Shown one piece after another: positions 58,601 through 64,000 of a DNA stretch of 64,000 bases. The notes beneath the pieces were generated by a model. It searched no databases and was not told where the DNA came from. It saw only the letters and a program-made list of their open reading frames with translations. The stretch's first letter is position 1, and the number at the start of each line of letters is the position of its first letter. This DNA comes from a virus. Position numbers and translations under genes: made by a program. The stretch lies in IMG/VR virus record IMGVR_UViG_3300017917_003607, positions 1 to 64,000 of that record; one strand, written 5' to 3'.

Positions 58601-61309
58601 CTTGTCTTCCCAACCTTCTTCAGCTAATTCGTATATGTAATTTGGTTCTAATCCTCTTTTATTCCAATATTTAACCTCATCAGGTGATATAATCAAAACG
58701 TCTTCATCAAGTCTATCTTGGTCACCATCACCTAATGGATATCCATTCACTAATTCACATTGTTCTTTAGTGTAAAACTCTCTTTTAGTTGGGTCATCAA
58801 TTAATAAAGTTTCTCTAACATCATCTTTAAAAACAACCATTAAAGGTTCTAATCTTTTGTTAAATGTAGCAACCGCTCTAGGTACATTATACTCCCCAAC
58901 CATATCGGGATTTTTTTCTAACTCATCATTTTCTAATCTGTAACAATTTATTTGAATTGTGTCACCTTTCTTTTGAACGTCACCATGAGATGCTCTTGAG
59001 CCATTATTAACGTAATAAATCACATCCCCCAAATTAACATTAAGACCATCTCTAATTGCCAATTCCATATGTGCCATCCGAGACATCAGATTTCCTGCTT
59101 TTGTCTTTTGAGTACATCTTGTTCTGTAATCGTCTAAACTAAGTTTTACCTTCGCTCTTGAAGCAATCAACTTAAGAGGGATTTTCATACTAACAATTTT
59201 TTCCAAATACTCATAGTAATACTCAACAAATTCTTGTCCCTTACCATTTAGTAAAAGTTTCAAACCTTTATCCAAAAATTCTTCAATATATAGAGGTAGT
59301 TTCTTTGATTTAATTGTATTGCCAACAAGTTTGATTTTTCCTTTATCGGTCATAAGAGCGTAGTTTTTACGAGCCACGTTAATACATGATGGCCAAACAC
59401 CATCGTTATCTAAAGCCATTTCACCTCTCATGAATATGTCATTATATTCGGCAATATCGGCAGCGGCTCCTGTATATTCTTTACCCTCTTTAACTTTCCA
59501 ATTGTTTCCACGACCAATATACTTGCGAGTCTCAATATCAGAAGGTGCGGAGAAGTTTACACCGTCCGTGTCCATTACAAGTGGTTGATAACCACGAGTC
59601 ATGAAGAATTTAATCATTTGACGTAGGTACTGTCTACCTGTACAGGTAATTTGTTCTCCCATGTACATATCACCCCAATGAAACACCTGAGGAGCGGATA
59701 AAGCACCGAACATTGAGTTAATAAAAATCTTAATTGGTAACTGTTTGTTTGAATATGTTTCAGAAAGTTTTGGGTCTGTTTTTTCGTATTTTTCCGCCAA
59801 TTCTTTATAGTGAATACGGGTGTCACGGAAATATTTTAACATTCCTTTCATTGCACCTGTTACATCACATTTTGGAAACACATCGTGAACCAATTGAATT
59901 GATGGATATAGTGAACTAAAGTCAAGTTTCAATACGTTAGTTGAGTAACCAACTTTTAGTAATCGTGACAAACCACCAACAAAGTCTGTCTTACCTTGTT
60001 TTTCAGGAATAGCCAAACCATGTTTGTAAGACCACGCAACCATCAACATTTTCCAAAGAGTTGCAGTACCCATAGTAGATACACGTTCATAAGTTGTTGG
60101 AATCATGGATGCAAGTAAGAAAGATGCTTGGTTAAATTCTTTATCAACCAACAGAGTTTCTTCCAAGTCATCATCAAGATATCTTTCAACTATATTATCA
60201 CCCGTGGTCTTAAGGTAAGTGTCACTTCTTCGAGAACAAATGTCATCAATTTTTGGGTCCAAACCAACCTTTTTGTAATTACCATTCTTAATATTTAACC
60301 AATATTCTTCTTTCTTTTTATATAAAGAACCAATATCTGTGTGCTGAATATAAACACGGTCCTCAGCTTCGAGGTCCAAATATTGTGTAATATATTTCAA
60401 ACCAGCGGCTTTAATGTTGGAGTTAATTGCTTGTGCTCTACGAACAGAGTGTAGGATATCAATTACATTATATCCCCAAATTGAAGTTTGTTGATAATCT
60501 TCTATTTCGTTAGCTAACTTAAGTATTTGCTTTGTTTGAGTTATACTCTTTTCAGGATTGAGTGAGTGACACACTTTTTTTATATCCAAACCAAGAGCTT
60601 TACATCTTTCAAATATCCAATACCAGTCAAAGTTAAATGAGTTATATCCACCAATAATTGAAGGTCTAAGTTCATCAATTACTTTGAAAAATTCAATGAT
60701 ACCTTCTCTTTCTTGGTCTTCTTCCATACATTCAATCACCCTGTGGTAACCCTTGTTTGTTTTTAATCCAATCATGAATATACGACCATCCTTTGGTTCA
60801 AGTGAGGTCGTTTCTAAGTCAAATACCAATCGAGTTACTTCATCGTAATCTGCAAAACCTTTGAATAATCGTTTTTCTTTCTGAACTAAGAATTGTTCTA
60901 CGGGCGGTAACATCAAGATTTTATCTTTCATTTTTTCACCCCAAGGGTCTAACCCTCCATCCCTAAAAAATTGAATTAGAGTCCTATATCCTTTGAGTGA
61001 TTTAACCATAAATGTAAGACCTCTTTCAAGTCTCTCATCACCCATAGTTTCAAGTTTGTCAATTACAATACCATACTTGGTCATTGCTTCTTTTTGTAAA
61101 CCTTTAGAACCTTGATAAAAGTTTAATCCTCGTAAATCACCAACCCATGCAAAAGCAACAAAAGTATCCCTTTGAATGACTTTTCCCTTACCAGGAATTT
61201 CTTTAATTTTGTAAATGTAGTCTGATTGATAATCGAATTCTATCGATGTGATGAATTCTTCGGGGTCAGCACCCTCCAAAAACTGCTTAATTTCTTCTTG
61301 TGATATCAT
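58577..61309 (-). CDS. polB: Family B DNA polymerase with 3'-5' exonuclease
   Basis: DLETT, YNSFNFD, DFSSLYPS, KIFINSMFG, MDTDG and RKNYAL motifs. Confidence 0.95.
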   Translation of the reverse strand: MISQEEIKQFLEGADPEEFITSIEFDYQSDYIYKIKEIPGKGKVIQRDTFVAFAWVGDLRGLNFYQGSKGLQKEAMTKYGIVIDKLETMGDERLERGLTFMVKSLKGYRTLIQFFRDGGLDPWGEKMKDKILMLPPVEQFLVQKEKRLFKGFADYDEVTRLVFDLETTSLEPKDGRIFMIGLKTNKGYHRVIECMEEDQEREGIIEFFKVIDELRPSIIGGYNSFNFDWYWIFERCKALGLDIKKVCHSLNPEKSITQTKQILKLANEIEDYQQTSIWGYNVIDILHSVRRAQAINSNIKAAGLKYITQYLDLEAEDRVYIQHTDIGSLYKKKEEYWLNIKNGNYKKVGLDPKIDDICSRRSDTYLKTTGDNIVERYLDDDLEETLLVDKEFNQASFLLASMIPTTYERVSTMGTATLWKMLMVAWSYKHGLAIPEKQGKTDFVGGLSRLLKVGYSTNVLKLDFSSLYPSIQLVHDVFPKCDVTGAMKGMLKYFRDTRIHYKELAEKYEKTDPKLSETYSNKQLPIKIFINSMFGALSAPQVFHWGDMYMGEQITCTGRQYLRQMIKFFMTRGYQPLVMDTDGVNFSAPSDIETRKYIGRGNNWKVKEGKEYTGAAADIAEYNDIFMRGEMALDNDGVWPSCINVARKNYALMTDKGKIKLVGNTIKSKKLPLYIEEFLDKGLKLLLNGKGQEFVEYYYEYLEKIVSMKIPLKLIASRAKVKLSLDDYRTRCTQKTKAGNLMSRMAHMELAIRDGLNVNLGDVIYYVNNGSRASHGDVQKKGDTIQINCYRLENDELEKNPDMVGEYNVPRAVATFNKRLEPLMVVFKDDVRETLLIDDPTKREFYTKEQCELVNGYPLGDGDQDRLDEDVLIISPDEVKYWNKRGLEPNYIYELAEEGWEDKLTQFESV

Positions 61310-61321
61310 ATTTTCCTTTCC

Positions 61322-61365
61322 GAGTGGTGTATTAGCTGCCGTGGTTCACGACATTTACCTTACTC
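61322..61365 (-). promoter_or_regulatory. Structured 5' leader RNA of polB
   Basis: GAGU-AA-GGU/ACC-ACUC outer stem and UGUCGUG/CACGGCA inner stem, between a promoter and the ATG. Confidence 0.5.
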
Positions 61366-61374
61366 ATTCATGGA

Positions 61375-61405
61375 TAAATATAATTTGGTGAAGTTGTATT
61401 ATCAA
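61375..61405 (-). promoter_or_regulatory. Putative polB promoter
   Basis: TTG-20nt-TATATTTA, Bacteroidota-like spacing. Confidence 0.5.
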
Positions 61406-61782
61406 CAACAGTATTGAGTTTTTATAAACGAATCTGTTACGTTTATGTATAGGTTTTCTCTTATTGGAACAATTAGTTCACCCTGAGATGTTGTCACACT
61501 AAATTCCCCTAAAAATCTACCTGTAGATTTTGTGTCTTTATCTGTGAACTGATAATAGATATAATATTCTGTTGGTGCATCAGGATTATCCAATATTTTT
61601 TCAACAATATATGCGGGTTTGGATGCAATCTTTAAAACACCATCACCTTCATTTCTCATCGAAAATGTTATAACTGCATTTTCCAAATCCTCCATAAAAT
61701 TACGAAAATCATTTCTACCATCCTTAACTATTTGCATTTTAAGAATAGGAAGAGTAGCACCTTTTTTGATAAAAAATTCCAT
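61402..61782 (-). CDS. BppU N-terminal-like small virion protein
   Basis: FFIKKGATLP...YQFTDKDTKSTGRFLGEF pattern. Confidence 0.55.
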   Translation of the reverse strand: MEFFIKKGATLPILKMQIVKDGRNDFRNFMEDLENAVITFSMRNEGDGVLKIASKPAYIVEKILDNPDAPTEYYIYYQFTDKDTKSTGRFLGEFSVTTSQGELIVPIRENLYINVTDSFIKTQYCC

Positions 61783-61817
61783 TATATATAAATATTATGT
61801 TTTGTTAATTAAAAATT

Positions 61818-64000
61818 CTATCCAATATTTAATCTTAATGTTCCTGCGTTGGCACCACTACCCCAAGTATAGTCATATGTTCCTGTGGTTACACCTAAGG
61901 TTGATAATGTTTTTCCTGTAAAAGTTGATTGAGTTGTTAAAGTCGTATTTGAAGTGTATCCTGAAGGAACCACTAAATAATATATTAGTCCTTGTTTAAT
62001 AACACTTACTAAATCTCCGCTACCAGAATTAGCATTTGTAAGACCTGAAACACCAAAATTAGTTGGGAATGTAAGTGTTGAACCCGTGTATAAATCAACA
62101 GGTTTTGTTGAAATACCCGTTCCTGAGCTAAGTGATGCGGTATTTGGAGTTACAAAACTATTAAAATTACCAGATTGTCTATAAGTCAAATTAGTGAGAT
62201 TAAACTTACCCGTACCCGATAATATTACATCAGAACCAGATTCAAATAACCTCATTTCAAATGAAGAACCCGACACACTTGTACTACTTGGTGTTGGAGT
62301 AATTGTGTTTGTTGGTGTCACACTGGGTGTATTGGTTGGTGTATTAGTTGGTGTATCTGTAATTGTAGGGGTTATTGAAGGAGTTACAGAACTTGTTGGA
62401 GTATTAGTTGGTGTTTCAGTTGGCGTTACCGTAGGAGTTGGGGTTATCCCACCATTAATTGTTAAACTCACATAAACAGTTACTCCCGTAACCCATTCGG
62501 TTGTTGCGGATTGTATTAAAATTGCACTTCCTGAAGGTGTTCCAAGAGGTGGCACTCCAATCCCTGTTCCAAACACAAATCCAGTTCCAGGAACGCCAGG
62601 AGGTGTACCTGTATTGCCCGACCAAAACTTGAATGCGTTTGTATCTCCTGAATAAATTGCTGTACTTCCTGTTTGACTTAAAGTAATTGTAATACTTTGT
62701 CCTGTAAATCCTGAAAAATAATTAGTTCTGTCAGTATTGGTAGTATCAATTGAATTAAAGTAAAAACCGTTTCCTGTGATTGAGAATACGTTAGGGTCTG
62801 TTGTACCAGTTTGTCCACCCAATGCTTGTTCTGTCATAATTGTATTTCCTGATGATGGGAAATTATACGGAAGAACAATTAAATTATATCCATAACCCGT
62901 TACAGGTATTGGTGTTGATGTTGGTGTTGGTGTATTGGTTGGAGTTACAGTACTCGTAGGAGTTTCTGTTACAGTTGGTGTTACAGTACTTGTAGGGGTT
63001 TCTGTCACAGTTGGAGTATTAGTTGGTGTGCTGGTTGGTGTATCTGTAATTGTAGGAGTTATAGATGGTGTTATCGAACTTGTTGGAGTATTGGTTGGTG
63101 TATCTGTAATTGTAGGAGTTATAGAAGGTGTTATCGAACTTGTTGGGGTATTGGTTGGTGTGATGGTTGGGGTATTTGTAATTGTAGGAGTTATTGAAGG
63201 TGTTATAGAACTTGTTGGGGTAATTGTGGTTGTACTTGTTGGGGTATTTGTAATTGTGGGGGTTGCGGAAGGTGTTATAGAATTTGTTGGTGTATTGGTT
63301 GGTGTTGTTGACGGAGTTATTGTATTAGTTGGACTAACTGTTGGTGTGTTGGTTGGGGTTTGAGTTGGCGTCTTAGTTGGTGTTGGAGTTGGTGTTGGTG
63401 ACGGGCACATTCCCAAATCAACAATTGTTAAAGAATTAACACCGCCAGTTCTAACAATACTATTTTTCTTAGCACATAGATAAAAATCAGGATTTGGTCC
63501 TAATATATTACCACTGATTAGGTTACCATCACAATCTATATATGAATAAATTACACTACCTAATATTGAGTCGTTAATTAATTGGTATCTCTCACAACCT
63601 TGATAATTAATTGTAGACGTAACACTAGGTGTGATTGTTGGGGTTTGAGTTGGTGTTTTTGTTACCGTTGATGTGACTGTCTGAGTTAATGTTTGTGTCG
63701 GTGTTGGGGTTGGTGTTGGCGTAATCATTTGATTAACGGAAATACTAACATAAACTGTTTGACCTGTCACCCACTGTGTTGTTGCTGATTGTATCAAAAC
63801 GGCATTTCCTGAAGGTGTATTAGATGGTGGTACACCTATTCTAGTACCGAAAACAAAACCAGATTTACCTGATGTTGACCAATATTTAAATGAACTTGTG
63901 TCCCCTGAGTAAATCGCCACACTTCCACCTTGATTTAAAGTAATTGTAACACTTTGACCCGTAAAATTCGAGAAATAACTTGTTCTATCAATACCATTTA
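61818..64000 (-). CDS. Large multidomain adhesin with duplicated domains and PT linkers; partial, starts beyond the right edge
   Basis: Frame is open to 64000 (NGIDRTSYFSNFTGQS matches the internal copy NTDRTNYFSGFTGQS). Confidence 0.8.
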   Translation of the reverse strand, partial: NGIDRTSYFSNFTGQSVTITLNQGGSVAIYSGDTSSFKYWSTSGKSGFVFGTRIGVPPSNTPSGNAVLIQSATTQWVTGQTVYVSISVNQMITPTPTPTPTQTLTQTVTSTVTKTPTQTPTITPSVTSTINYQGCERYQLINDSILGSVIYSYIDCDGNLISGNILGPNPDFYLCAKKNSIVRTGGVNSLTIVDLGMCPSPTPTPTPTKTPTQTPTNTPTVSPTNTITPSTTPTNTPTNSITPSATPTITNTPTSTTTITPTSSITPSITPTITNTPTITPTNTPTSSITPSITPTITDTPTNTPTSSITPSITPTITDTPTSTPTNTPTVTETPTSTVTPTVTETPTSTVTPTNTPTPTSTPIPVTGYGYNLIVLPYNFPSSGNTIMTEQALGGQTGTTDPNVFSITGNGFYFNSIDTTNTDRTNYFSGFTGQSITITLSQTGSTAIYSGDTNAFKFWSGNTGTPPGVPGTGFVFGTGIGVPPLGTPSGSAILIQSATTEWVTGVTVYVSLTINGGITPTPTVTPTETPTNTPTSSVTPSITPTITDTPTNTPTNTPSVTPTNTITPTPSSTSVSGSSFEMRLFESGSDVILSGTGKFNLTNLTYRQSGNFNSFVTPNTASLSSGTGISTKPVDLYTGSTLTFPTNFGVSGLTNANSGSGDLVSVIKQGLIYYLVVPSGYTSNTTLTTQSTFTGKTLSTLGVTTGTYDYTWGSGANAGTLRLNIG
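62920..63410. repeat. Coding Pro-Thr repeat with near-exact 60-bp tandem units
   Basis: ggtgtatctgtaattgtaggagttataga.ggtgttatcgaacttgttgg repeated at about 63037 and 63097. Confidence 0.85.

Noticed and set aside
61328-61360. Resemblance of the polB leader to 16S rRNA helix 8 (GG.UAA-stem-GCUAAUAC)
   Set aside because: The match is too short to distinguish from chance; not an rRNA fragment.
62935-63363. Val/Gly-rich hydrophobic plus-strand ORF (also 3435-3626, 6940-7188, 62194-62475)
   Set aside because: Antisense shadow of Pro-Thr tracts.
1-64000. Alternative genetic code; eCIS/tailocin locus; eukaryotic giant virus
   Set aside because: Long ORFs are intact in code 11 with TAA, TAG and TGA all used as stops. 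Neck proteins plus a full T4-like replication set indicate a tailed phage.

Overview
A 64-kb, AT-rich, densely coding segment of a large T4-like contractile-tailed (jumbo-type) phage, read in standard code 11. The host is probably a Bacteroidota: the window has SprB repeats, mostly SD-less A-rich starts and TTTG-N19-21-TAnnTTTG-like promoters. Most genes are on the minus strand. From left to right: fibre/adhesin genes with Gly-X-Y (G-S-S/G-T-S) and Pro-Thr repeats; baseplate genes (gp7-, gp6-, gp25-like); a replication block (class II RNR, DnaB/gp41 helicase, 5'-3' exonuclease, RecA, gp32 SSB); hub, tape measure, chaperone, tube, sheath and neck genes; an SNF2 helicase; an SOD fusion; a family B DNA polymerase; and a truncated adhesin. 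No capsid, portal, terminase, tRNA or CRISPR was seen. Best leads: (1) an [S/T]-[G/A]-x-[T/S] tetrapeptide saturating virion-surface proteins but nearly absent from enzymes, a candidate virion glycosylation sequon; (2) a likely +1 frameshift at UUU_UUU_CGC joining the tail chaperone to an unannotated gp51-like ORF; (3) an SOD fused to a PD-(D/E)xK-like domain; (4) a structured 5' leader on polB; (5) a strand-oriented TATTTAT promoter motif. All protein calls come from motif recognition and synteny; no database searches were run.
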